A stretch of 64,000 nucleotides of DNA from Octopus vulgaris (taxonomy: Eukaryota): contig OX597820.1 of assembly GCA_951406725.2 (NCBI GenBank), positions 7,564,001 through 7,628,000 on the forward strand, written 5' to 3'. Both the position numbers and the translations under genes were made by a program. The notes beneath the pieces are model-generated. The model made no database searches. It was not told the origin of the DNA and worked only from the letters and a program-made list of their open reading frames with translations. Positions 14,586-26,118 of the stretch are shown here, one piece after another. Within the stretch, counting starts at the first letter, position 1; every line of letters begins with the position of its first letter.

Positions 14586-15099
14586 TTAAATAGAATTATG
14601 AAATAATGTTGTTATTTTCTCCTATTAACAATTATGATTACATATAAATAGATTTTTACAATTCGTGTAGTTTATTTGGTTGTTTCTAGGAGCTTCTAAC
14701 GTGAAACATGACAAAGGCATTGATATGACTCCCTGCAGAATTTAAATATCTACAAATGGCATTTAGTGTGGAATATAAAATTTTTCATTACAAACATTAA
14801 ACGTAAAATCAGAGATTGTGATCTGACAATAATGTTTTATTATATAATCGATACAATGATATATCGATCATAATAAACTGACTAAAGGCTCAGCTGGCTC
14901 TGGGTTCATTTGGCACATTCACCAGTGTAGGTTCCCACTGTGCCGCATTAACGGATGATATTCTACCTTAGACTCAGCTCGTCCGGGACCTTCGAAGGAA
15001 AATCTAATAAACAAAATATGTGGTTGTCCTGTCGCAAGGAAGGTTTCTGTTAGTGAGGTGCGGTAAGATTTATTCTATCGACTCTTTTAATGCTAGTGC

Positions 15100-15400
15100 T
15101 ACCCTCTTTGATTGTCCTTTAAGTGTTCCGATTCCATCTCAAAAGATTTTGAGACACTTACTCTGAGGACTCTTCCACTCACCAGCTGCAGAGAAACGGT
15201 GAAAATGGCCATAATGGTGGATGGCTTTCTTCTTCTATGCGAGACATTTAAGAATATTAAGGTTGAGATTTTGAAAGGGAACATTATTAAGTCTGTTGAA
15301 ATTAGAGGTTTGAAACTAATATATAAGGATGTAACATTAATATATACTAGGGACCAGGTCATAGGGAAAAGGACAGCGCCATGCACAGTCTATTTTTTAA
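15100..15400 (-). pseudogene. Highly decayed Penelope-like RT fragment
   Basis: LVYINVTSLY resembles the RT motif DVxSLY; a weak TAMG-like segment (STIMA) follows. Confidence 0.35.
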
Positions 15401-15789
15401 AATTCTAATACAGGTGCAAAAGGAATAAGAATTCACGATTTACTTTGCCGCAGCTTGGGAGCAGTGGAATTCATGCTTATTCTAAGACAAAGCATTTGAC
15501 TCAAATTCTTGCAATATATTGGATGCTGTTCATGGACGAGGTGGGGTTGTTAAAACCTAGCAACCAATTAGATCAGCTGACCAACAGCGGATACAAAGTA
15601 TTTGACTGGATTCCTACGAAACACGGTTCAGCCAGTTTCAATTAAAATTTTAAAGTCTACTGGATTCTACAGAAGCGGACACTACCAGAGCGCTGCGTGG
15701 TGAAATTAAACCGAGAAAACACGAGATTCGAAAATAAACTTCTTGAAGACACGTGTTCTTGTAGCAAATCAAAATAAACATATTTGTTA

Positions 15790-16000
15790 ATTACGGAGAT
15801 GTACTTGCATAGCGAGTGACCTGATCTGAGATCGTGTGCTGGAACGAAAACAATTGCAGCGTGGAAGGTGTTTATAAGCCATTTAAGAAACACACAAAAA
15901 CCGTTAGATTCACTTCAACATTTTAATTTAATTTGTCAAAATATTTTCGTCGCTTTGCGACCGCGACCTGTTCACTGACAAAACTACGGTCGCGGTCTCA
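15790..16000 (-). mobile_element. Short interspersed PLE-terminal-like repeat, family G (also at 20100-20420 and 60257-60580)
   Basis: Near-identical gatctgagatcgtgtgctggaacgaaa...ccgttagattcacttcaaca in three loci. Confidence 0.8.
15932..15982 (-). ncRNA. Hammerhead-like motif with G3:C8 core variant
   Basis: Minus strand: tttgtca-GTGAACA-g-gtcgc(ggtcgcaaa)gcgac-GAAA-atattt-tgacaaa. Stem I 7 bp, stem II 5 bp, palindromic short stem III. Confidence 0.6.
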
Positions 16001-16453
16001 TATTTGTTAAGTTGGAGAGAAAAGACGCCAACAGAACAGAAACATAAAATAATTGCATAGGATTATTTATAAAAGAGGTTGGCGGTGGGGGTGTAATATG
16101 GTCCATCAACAATGACAGACGGGAAAATGTATTTCAAATGGTTCCCCTTCTGAAGAGATATCGTAAAAGTTTTTTTTTATTGGGAGCACAGATTGTTCAA
16201 GCTGTAAGCTGTTTAATGCCCTTTAACTACCACCATTACTAAGGAGCACATTAGTTTGCAATTTATCATATACCGTTATTAATATTTCTTTATTAGTTCG
16301 AGTTGGTGGCCGAACATAATATCTTTTTAATTTCTTTTCCCTATTTCCCATCTCACACCTTGCAAACAGCATCATACGCCCGATTACTTACTTTCGTCTA
16401 CTACAAAGAATTTCGTTCAACACATTCACACGTGCTTTCATACATGCATGCAT

Positions 16454-16492
<39 letters not shown>

Positions 16493-16602
16493 TTCAGCAA
16501 AATTTAGATTCAGATAAATATGGTACTTAAGTTAAAGGCACCAGAATTTTGTATAGTATTATCCATATAAATCAAATGGGGTGATTGCTCGACATTTTAA
16601 AA

Positions 16603-16659
16603 CTGATGTAATACTTACAGTGTTTAATAAAATGAAGTTGCATGAAACAATTGTACTAC
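16603..16659 (+). ncRNA. Degenerate hammerhead motif
   Basis: ctgatg...ttgcat-GAAAC-aatt-GTA with palindromic acaattgt. Stem I and core damaged; sits between (TA)n tracts. Confidence 0.35.
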
Positions 16660-16685
16660 TCTACCTTGAATATCCTTGTTGCTTA

Positions 16686-16724
<39 letters not shown>

Positions 16725-16746
16725 CATACGTATGTACTTACACACA

Positions 16747-16783
<37 letters not shown>

Positions 16784-17169
16784 GCACATATAAATATATA
16801 TATATATATATAGTTCACAGATGAGATCTAGGGATTCTACGTATAGAATGCACTTAGTGCTCAAAAGGTTCAAACTTGATCTCCGATGTGCTTACAAGGG
16901 ACCGATTCTACAAGGTAAAGAAAGGATATATGAGGGTTCAAGTTGGGCGGGTATAGAGGCAATTATGGTGATAAACAACTAGGCACCTTAAAATACATTA
17001 AATATATTAGTTTGAGTAAGAAATACAAAATATATATGAATATGTGTGTATATCCAAAAAGAGAGTAAGCAAAAGGTGGAGACTTTCAGACGAAGAATCG
17101 TTAAGGGAGAGAAAGGTGGTGTAAAACATAGGATCTCCCGCTTCTTGCTCTTAGAACGTTTAGAGTGTG

Positions 17170-17630
17170 AGGTTATAGTGAGTGGATATAGATTGGAAGG
17201 CTTATGGTTATTATGTGTTCGAGGGGGCCAGTGGAACTGTCCAGTGCCATTCGTTGAAACGTCGTTTTGGGGGGATTAACGTGGTGTGGAGGAAGGGTTG
17301 GTAGATTCGGGGTTAGTATTAAGAAGGAGAAATGCAATTTTTGTTTGAAGCTTGGTATTGGGAATATAGATCTTTTCACAGAAGCAACTTATCTGGAAAG
17401 CGTGAATATACGGGGCATGACTGTTGAAACTTTCTTCATTACCAAGTAAATTGGAGAGTCTGTTAGAAATGCTTGTGCTCATTCTATTAACAGCAAGCTT
17501 AGGGTAGTTTGATAGGACGTTGATATATTATAAAGATTGATTAGGTTTGTAAGAAGGGAAATATAGGTTTATATTTAAGTCCAGAGTAACGTCTAAAAAG
17601 TTGGCCACGTTAGGGTTATCATATACAAAT
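17170..17630 (-). pseudogene. Decayed Penelope-like RT thumb fragment
   Basis: ANFLDVTLDLNINLYFPSYKPN and SISNRLSNL..NEESFNSHAPY match the same motifs in the 50516-51397 PLE ORF. Confidence 0.8.
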
Positions 17631-18069
17631 ATATAACAGCAGAGAGTGATTTGCTGGTGATTTTGTGTCTGTTGCAGGAGATTTGTAGAGGATTCCACTA
17701 GGTTTATACATTTCAGAAATCTTTTCAAACACATCTCAGATCAGTTGTTACAAAAGACGTTAATACGATACGAAAATGAAATGATTCAGATGAAAGAACG
17801 CAGGTAAAGGGATAAAATTCAAGAAGAAAATGTTTAGCTCTTTCGAAAAGAAAACGAAAATATTGCAAATTGAATTCAAGCACATTAAAGCTTTATATGT
17901 CTCAAGAAATGCTATGCAAACCTTCCCTTGCGAGATGGCTATTTATATAAGCCTTTGTTAGCTGTTCATTTACTGATTCTAAAACAAAACGTGAATACAC
18001 ACTCGTATAATTCACATTCATATGTGAATATATGCGCATGCGCGTATCTATCTATATATATATATATGC

Positions 18070-18101
<32 letters not shown>

Positions 18102-18224
18102 GCATATATATACATATATATATATGTATATACATATATATATATATATATCACATGTTTATATCATATAGATATACATGTATGTATATTTAAATGTGTA
18201 TACATATACACATGCATACAAACC

Positions 18225-18262
<38 letters not shown>

Positions 18263-19611
18263 TATGCGAATATATGCATGTCTGAATGTGTGTGTGCGTG
18301 ACTGTGTATATAGACTCCCATATATGCGTTGTGTGAATACATGTTTAGATCGAGGGAGCTCAATGATGGTAGAGAGTTCTGCCTGACAAAAGACATAAAA
18401 AGAAAACAGAGGATTTGGTTTTCTGTGAACAACGGTGAAAAAAACTGGAATTCTTGCACTGGTTCGAAGGCAGTAGTGAAAGAGAGAAAATATATATATA
18501 TAGAAATATATTCACATAAATATATATGTATATACATATATGTGTGCGTGCGTGTGTGTGCGTGTGGTTGTGCCTGTGTCTCTATGTATGTATGTGTGTG
18601 TACGTGTATCTATATACGTGTGTATATGAATATATATGAACATATATACCAATGTACATGGACATATATATATATGCACATCTACGTGTTTATATAAAAT
18701 GATACAAATATACAAATATAAGTGCATCTTTATATGTGTTTTGCGTACGTATATGCATTGTATATATAAATATGTGCATATATATATATATGTGTGTGTG
18801 TGTATGTATGCATGTATGTATATTTGTACTTACATATTTCAACGTATATGTGTGTGAATATGTGTTTATGTGAGTGCATATATCTGTGTGTGAGCCCGTT
18901 TTTTTTTTTTCATGTCTCTCTTTGAGTGAGTGAATGTTTGTGTGTGTGCGTTTGTGTGTGAGTGTCTACGTATGTGTGTGGTGTTCCAGATAAAATTCAT
19001 TGATGTACACCTGATGTGATGGCATTACCTGTTACTCAGTGGAAAACTTTGATAAGAAAACTCACTGAAATATCTGAGTTGATCCTTCCTGCTGATACGT
19101 AGCTTATTTCTTCTTCCTTCTTATTCTATTTTTTTTCTTTCTTTTCTCTTTCATTTTCTTTTCTTCTTTTTGCCGCTCTCGTTCTTATTCATTTCTTTTC
19201 GAATTTGCTTTTGTAATTTTTTACTCGTTTCGTTCCGTTTTTCAGTAAATTTTTTTTCGTAAGGCTCTTTATTCCACCACTTTGTTTATACATTCTTTAT
19301 GTACTTCGTTAATAATGAAATTCCACGTTTGTCTGTTTGTACGTGAGTGTCTATATACGAGCATTCAGGTATCTGTGTATGTGTGTTTGTTTGAAATTAG
19401 CGGAGTAACTATATTTGTTGTGTGTGTACACCTTATGTCATATGCGGGTCTGTTTCTGCGTCTGGGGGTGTGTATGCAGCAGACTGTGTAAGTATACGTG
19501 TATGTATATCTATTTGTGAGTATATGAGAGTTTCTATTCCTATATGGTGTATATTCGTTCATTAGCTAATGTTGATGTATGTATGTATATATATATACGT
19601 ATATATATATA

Positions 19612-20004
19612 CTAGCAGTATCGCCCGGCGTTGCTCGGGTTTGTAAGGGAAATAATTATATAAGCATTTTTAGAGATGTAAAGTATAATAGCCATCTCAA
19701 TATGGCTAACCACAAAGGGGGAGGGTGTTACTGTAGCTTTCTACGTTCTGAGATTTAATAATAAATTTTAGAGAGTTACTTCCCTTATATATGCCAAAAA
19801 TGGATTAAAAATGGGAAAAATTGATGGTAATTTTTTTTTAAATCGTAGACTCATCGTAGACGCGCGCTAATACCCAGACGGTCTCGATATGAATCACGAC
19901 TATAAGATACCCGGTTTTGGTTAAACTGCACCGCAAAATGTGGGAGTAGTTAGGAATCTAAATCGTAGGAGACAGACACACAACCTCACTTTTATATATA
20001 AAGA
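19612..20004 (-). mobile_element. Non-autonomous Helitron, family A
   Basis: Reverse complement of 6665-7038 with both termini. Confidence 0.85.
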
Positions 20005-20099
20005 TTTCCTCTATTTACATAATATTGAGGTCTCTTTCTTTCTTTTGTTATCTTACTGTTTTTACCAATATACATATATATATATAAATATATATATAG

Positions 20100-20420
20100 T
20101 TACAGAGATTTACTTGCATAGCAAATGACTTGATCTGAGATCGTGTGCTGGAACGAAAACAGTTGCAGCGTTGAAGGTGTTTATAAGCCATTTAAGAAAC
20201 ACACAAAAACCGTTAGATTCACTTCAACATTTAAATTTAATTTGTCAAAATATTTTCGTCGCTTTGAGACCGCGACCTGTTAGCACGATATTTTTGTCAG
20301 TGAACAGGTCGTGGTCTCAAAGCGAGGAAAATATTTTGGCAAATTAAATTTAAATGTTGAAGTGAATCTAACGGTTTTTGTGTGTTTCTTAAATGGCTTA
20401 CAAACACCTTCCACGCTGCA
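20100..20420. mobile_element. Family G head-to-head fold-back in (TA)n
   Basis: Arms ~20164-20281 and 20303-20420; left arm ~60 nt longer. GTGAACA hammerhead-like motif at 20293-20343 (+). Confidence 0.85.
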
Positions 20421-20494
20421 GTATATATATACACACATATATATATATGTATGTATGTATGTGTGTATATGTGTATGCATGTATGTGTGTGTGT

Positions 20495-20710
20495 GTGCGT
20501 GTCTGTGCTTGTGATTGTCCTCCACCACTGCTTGACAACGAATGTTGGTTTGTTTACATCCCTGTCACCTAGTGGTTTGACAAAGGAAACAGATAGAATA
20601 AGTACAGTGCTTACAAAAATAAAACTGGAGTTGATTCATTAAACTACAATTCTTCAAGGCATTGCCCCAGCATGGCCACAGACCAATGGCTGGAAAAAGC
20701 AGAAGAATAA
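20495..20710 (+). mobile_element. 3' half of SINE (family of 36884-37300)
   Basis: tgcttgacaac..ccagcatggcc shared with 36884-37300. Confidence 0.7.
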
Positions 20711-20764
20711 AATAATACATTCTCTGCTTTGGTCTTATGTTCAAGGCATGAGAAAGCTTGAGTT

Positions 20765-21040
20765 TACATGAGAAGGCCTAACAGACCTGGTAGAAACAGC
20801 AGCCAAATCTCCCTCAAATCACACCTTACTGTCTTATGTATGTATATATATATGAGCCAATGAGGGGGATCTCTACATGGTAGCTAGACCTGGTAGAAAT
20901 AGCAGCCAAATTTCCCCCAAATCACACCTTACTGTCTTATCTATGTATATATGTATGTATGAGCCTATGAGGGAGACCCCTACATGGCAGAAATAGCAGC
21001 CAAATCTCCCTCAAATCACACCTTACTGTCTCATGTATGT
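20765..21040. repeat. Three tandem ~95-105 bp units
   Basis: cagccaaat..caaatcacaccttactgtct repeated three times. Confidence 0.85.
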
Positions 21041-21529
21041 GTATATATATATATACAAGCCACTACGGTTATTTAATGTAAAGTCTTCCTCAAATCACTC
21101 TCTTGCTATTTACTCTCTTCCAAGAACATTTTCACTCACTCTTATCTCTTAGATTCCCATACATTTTACTCATGTATCTATCAGCGTCATAGACAGAAAC
21201 AAATATTACATCGCCATCGCATTCTATTGTCTACCTGTCAAAACACACACAGTGAATTAGTTTCATTTTATTCGTTGCACACTGTGTGTGTGCGTTTGCG
21301 TGTGGTGTAAACCACATTAAGAAAAGCATTTGACATACACACCAGAATGTGAGTTTTCTCTAAATTTTGCTTAATTGGGGTTGAAATTTTAAAAACCGGA
21401 CCTGGCAAAACCCGATGCATTCTACTCTTAAAAATGCTAGGTAAATTGTAATTGAAGAAATCCTATATTGTAGATTTCTATAACTGACAAAGGGAGGCAG
21501 ATAAAATCTGCCTATTATAATAAGAGATA

Positions 21530-21842
21530 CACATATATACATATACATATATACATATATATACATACACATATATACATATATATACATACACATATAT
21601 ACATATATATACATACACATACATATATATACATACACATACATATATATACATACACATACATACATATATATACATACACATACATACATATATATAC
21701 ATACATATACATACATATATATACATACACATACATACATATATATACATACACATACATACATATATATACATACACATACATACATATATATACATAC
21801 ACATACATACATATATATACATACACATACATATATATATAC
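21530..21842. repeat. 20-24 nt (ACAT/AT)-based minisatellite
   Basis: acatatatatacatacacat(acat) units; a related array is at 23140-23408. Confidence 0.85.
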
Positions 21843-21843
21843 A

Positions 21844-22155
21844 CTAGCAGTATCGCCCGGCGTTGCTCGGGTTGTAAGGGAAATAACTATATAAGCATTT
21901 TTAGAGAGTTATAGCCAAAAAATAGGAAACAAATGCATTAAAAATGGAAAAAAAATTAAGGTAAATTTCTTTTTAAATCGTTGACACATCGTAGATATTT
22001 TTAGAGAGTTACTTCCCTTATATAATAGCGAAAAAAATGCATTAAAATGGAAAAATATGATGGTAAATTTTTTTAAATCGTAGCCTCATCGTAGACGCGC
22101 GCTAATACCCAGAAGGGCTCGATATGACTCACGACTATAAGATACCCGGTTTGGT
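21844..22155 (-). mobile_element. Helitron family A, truncated at the piggyBac boundary
   Basis: CTAG end and hairpin present; 5' portion missing. Confidence 0.8.
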
Positions 22156-22459
22156 TTTTCTTAACCCTTTCGTTACTATATTTCTGACCAAAATACACCC
22201 CTTATGTGTTTCAATAATTTTCTAACGTAATCATAAATTTAGTCTGGTTTCATTAAACAACAATAACTTTTTTATTTATCAATATATTAATGTGATTTTT
22301 GGAAGATAATTTAATGAAATGTCCTCAACCAATTCTGTACTATAATTTTTGTCACAAAGTGACTCTAATTGCAGGTAGATACAGGTAAATTCAACAATAT
22401 ATAAAATTATTAAAATTTTGTTCAAACATCGCTATAGAAAATGGGTTATTAGCTAATAT

Positions 22460-22783
22460 TCAATTGGGTATACAACAAAATTTTACGATATAATTTGTTA
22501 TTCTGGGTAACTTTCTGATACCCATAATAATATTTATGGCAAAATAGGCCTTAATTTCATTTAAGGTTGTGGGAAATAACAAACTATCCTTTCTTTCGTT
22601 TTGTTTACGTTTAGCGTAACGGTTCGTTTCTGCCGTAATGATTTCAAATAGGCTCATTCGAAAAAGTAAATAGAAATAGTTTAAGGCTTTACTCTTCTGG
22701 GAAAGTCTGTGGCTTGGTCCAGTTTCTTCAGAAAAATCACCGAAAGAAACAGTTTTTAAATTTTCACTCCATTCAGGTACCAA
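22460..22783 (-). pseudogene. piggyBac transposase N-terminal fragment (PGBD4-like)
   Basis: YFYLLF..LFEIITAETNRYA...TTLNEIKAYFAINIIMGI..LP...Y fits the start of the piggyBac DDE domain. Confidence 0.8.
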
Positions 22784-23409
22784 TTCGTTTTCTTTATCGC
22801 TGTCGGATTCACTGTTTTCACTTTAATAGCTGCAAACTTGCAAAGACAAAGGAGGAGAAGGGTGATAGCGTCAGTGAAACAGTTCGTTCCCTTTGTGTGT
22901 CTGTGCGTTTGCGTGTGGTGTAAACCACATTAAGAAGAGCATTTGACATACACACAGAATGTGAGTTTTCTGTAAATTTTCCTTAACTGGAGTTTAAATG
23001 TTAAAAACTGGACCTGGCATGACCCGATGCATTCTACTCTTAAAAATGCTAGGTAAATTGTAATTGAAGAAATCCTATATTGTAGATTTCTATAACTTAC
23101 AAAGGGAGGCAGATAAAATCTGCCTTTTATAATAAGAGATACACATACATACATACACATATATATACATATATATATACATACACATACATACATACAC
23201 ATATATATACATATATATATACATACACATATATATACATATATATACATACACATATATATACACATACATATATATACATACACATACATACATACAC
23301 ATATATATACATACACATATATATACATATATATATACATACACATATATATACATATATATACATACACATATATATACATATATATACATACACATAT
23401 ATATACATA

Positions 23410-23805
23410 CTAGCAGTATCGCCCGGCGTTGCTCGGGTTGTAAGGGAAATAACTATATAAGCATTTTTAGAGAGTTATAGCAAAAAATAGCAAAAAAATG
23501 CATTAAAAATTGAAAAAAAATTAAAGTAAAATTTTTTTCTTAAATCGTTGACACATCGTAGATATTTTTAGAGAGTTACTTCCCTTATATAAAAGCGAAA
23601 AAAATGCATTAAAATGGAAAAATATGATGGTAATTTTTTTTTAAATCGTAGACTCATCGTAGACGCGCGCTAATACCCAGAAGGGCTCGATATGAATCAC
23701 GACTATAAGATACCCGCTTTTGGTTAAACTGCACCGCAAAATGTGGGAGTAGTTACGAATCTAAATCGTAGGAGACAGACACACAACTTCACTCTTATAT
23801 AAAGA
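23410..23805 (-). mobile_element. Non-autonomous Helitron, family A (inside piggyBac)
   Basis: Both termini intact. Confidence 0.85.
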
Positions 23806-24579
23806 TGCTTTTTTTTTCAGTCATAGAGTTAGATTTATGAAGGTCTTCAGTAGAAAATCCTTCGAATTCTGACTCGCTGCTTGATATAATGAAATTCGTA
23901 TCCATTTTTTGTCAGAATTACAAATTTTGAAAACACAATAGGAACAAATTTCGGAAAAAAATCTCCCATAATTCACGGAATTAAAATTACACTTCGATTT
24001 TTGTACAAAACTGTATTTGAAGTGTTTACGAAGTATAATACGTGTTTTCACGAATGTACTAAAGAGATTTACTCTGATATTCTCATTTAAATATGAATAG
24101 CTAAATTCGGGCGGTTTGGTAACGAAAGGGTTTATATAAGTGTCGTCTGTTTATACATAAACACTGTTTCATACTTTCAGTTTAGTCTTCCTCAAATCAC
24201 TCTGTCGCTCTTTACTCTCTTCCAAGAACATTTTCACTCCCTGTTATCTGTTAGCTTCCCATACATTTTACTCATGTATCTATCAGCGTGATAGACAGAA
24301 ACAAATATTACATCTAGTTTCACTTTATTCGTTGCACACTGTGTGCGTGCGTTTGCGTGTGCTGTAAACCAGATTAAGAAAAGCATTTGACATACACACC
24401 AGAATGTGAGTTTTCTGTAAATTTTGCTTAATTGGAGTTTAAATTTTAAAAACTGGACCTGGCATGACCCGATGCATTCTACTCTTAAAAATGCTAGGTG
24501 AATTGTAATTGAAGAAATCCTATATTGTAGATTTCTATAACTGACAAAGGGAGGCAGATAAAATCTGCCTTTTATAATA

Positions 24580-24643
<64 letters not shown>

Positions 24644-24815
24644 ATGTATGTATGTATGTATGTATATATATATATATATATATGTAGACGGTTGAAAAGG
24701 TTCACACGAGTTGATATTAATGTCAAAGTAGAAAATGCTAAAATAATTTTATTTTTGTACCCTTTTCGGTCACTGACACTTTTCAACTGTAAGTATGGCA
24801 GACAATTATATATAC

Positions 24816-24895
<80 letters not shown>

Positions 24896-25329
24896 GCACT
24901 TGTATGTGTACTTTTGCATATTTGTGCCTCTTGTGTATTTCAGTGCAAATTTCTATCTGACAGCGCATTACATTGTGTATATATATATATATTATATCAG
25001 AAACGCAGTGATAACAGCGATTGATAGAGAAACAGGCTTATTGCCTCACTCCTAGTAATATAGAAAAACGCCACCTCTGTAAACAATGTTTGATGTATAT
25101 ACAGCTAACGTTGCTTACAATTAGTAAAACATCTAATCCCGTTTTTGTATGACACTTACAATCCACCTTACAATCCCAACCAAAGAACAAATAGAACTCA
25201 CCCAACACCAAATTATAGACCCAAACAAATCAGATGGAACAACATTAGAATAATGAATCAAGCTCCAGCCTAACAACTAAGAGCATACTTATCCACGAAT
25301 AACCAACCTCGAATATTCGCATGCAGAAG

Positions 25330-25580
25330 AATGTATTCTTTCTAAATACTGAAGACAGAAAAGAATTCAGGTCCCGGCCCCTCAAGTAGAGACAAAAATT
25401 TAGAAGAATATATTAACCTCCCACGGGGATCAGTTCAATCTTCTATGACAGAGAGAAAATGTAAATCCAACAGATTTAAAGACAACTGGGAAGAATTACG
25501 AAAATTACAAAAAGATTCTTCGATTATTTTCAAAGAATCTGACAAAGCTGGAGCAATAATTATCAAGAACAAGAACCTTT
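25330..25580 (+). pseudogene. Penelope-like RT N-terminal fragment
   Basis: Translates to RDKNLEEYIN and LRKLQKDSSIIFKESDKAGAIII (PLE ADKG motif). Confidence 0.6.
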
Positions 25581-25581
25581 A

Positions 25582-25972
25582 TGAAACTCACAGATACAAC
25601 TTCTCTGCTCTTTTTTAAATTCCTATATTTTTTTCTCAGCACTGATGAATACTCAGGTATATGTAAATTCTAAAATGAACCTATATCTATCCACGAAACG
25701 ATTGTATGCATAAATAAACTTCTTACAAATTTTTAGCACCTTATCTCCTCCATTTTTGACAAATATGATTGGATTTGTAGGACTTCATTCCATAAATTAA
25801 TCATACTCTTCATATACTAATCCTACTTTCCATATCTTCGCCAATTCACATCGGTAAACTCTCAGCAAAGTATGAAGAATCAATATTAGAAATCTTTTGG
25901 AAACCATTCCAAATAAAGGATGAATCCACATTCAAACTTTTACACACGTATCTATGTGCATATGTATGTGTA
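25582..25972 (+). repeat. 5' pseudo-LTR of a Penelope-like element
   Basis: ~390 bp diverged direct repeat of 33328-33718; contains a hammerhead. Confidence 0.75.
25639..25709 (+). ncRNA. Type I hammerhead ribozyme motif (stem II decayed)
   Basis: gca-CTGATGA-...-GAAAC-gatt-GTA-tgc. Confidence 0.7.
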
Positions 25973-26118
25973 TAGTTATATTTATATATAGGTATGTATG
26001 TATTCATGTCTGTATATTTGTATAAATATATATATGTATATGTAAGTTTTATAATATCTTAACTTATTACTATTATTAATAACCATAATTGTTAATAAGA
26101 ACCAGATTTCTAACAAAA

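Larger units (their letters stand above)
22165..24130 (-). mobile_element. Internally rearranged piggyBac element
   Basis: TTAA|ccctttcgttac ... gtaacgaaaggg|TTTA: 12-bp perfect TIR beginning CCC with a TTAA-like TSD. Confidence 0.8.

Noticed and set aside
18420-18460. Another GTGAACA hammerhead-like core
   Set aside because: No stem I and no intact GAAA.
20765-21040. CRISPR-like repeat-spacer pattern
   Set aside because: The intervening sequences are homologous to each other; eukaryotic tandem repeat, no cas genes.
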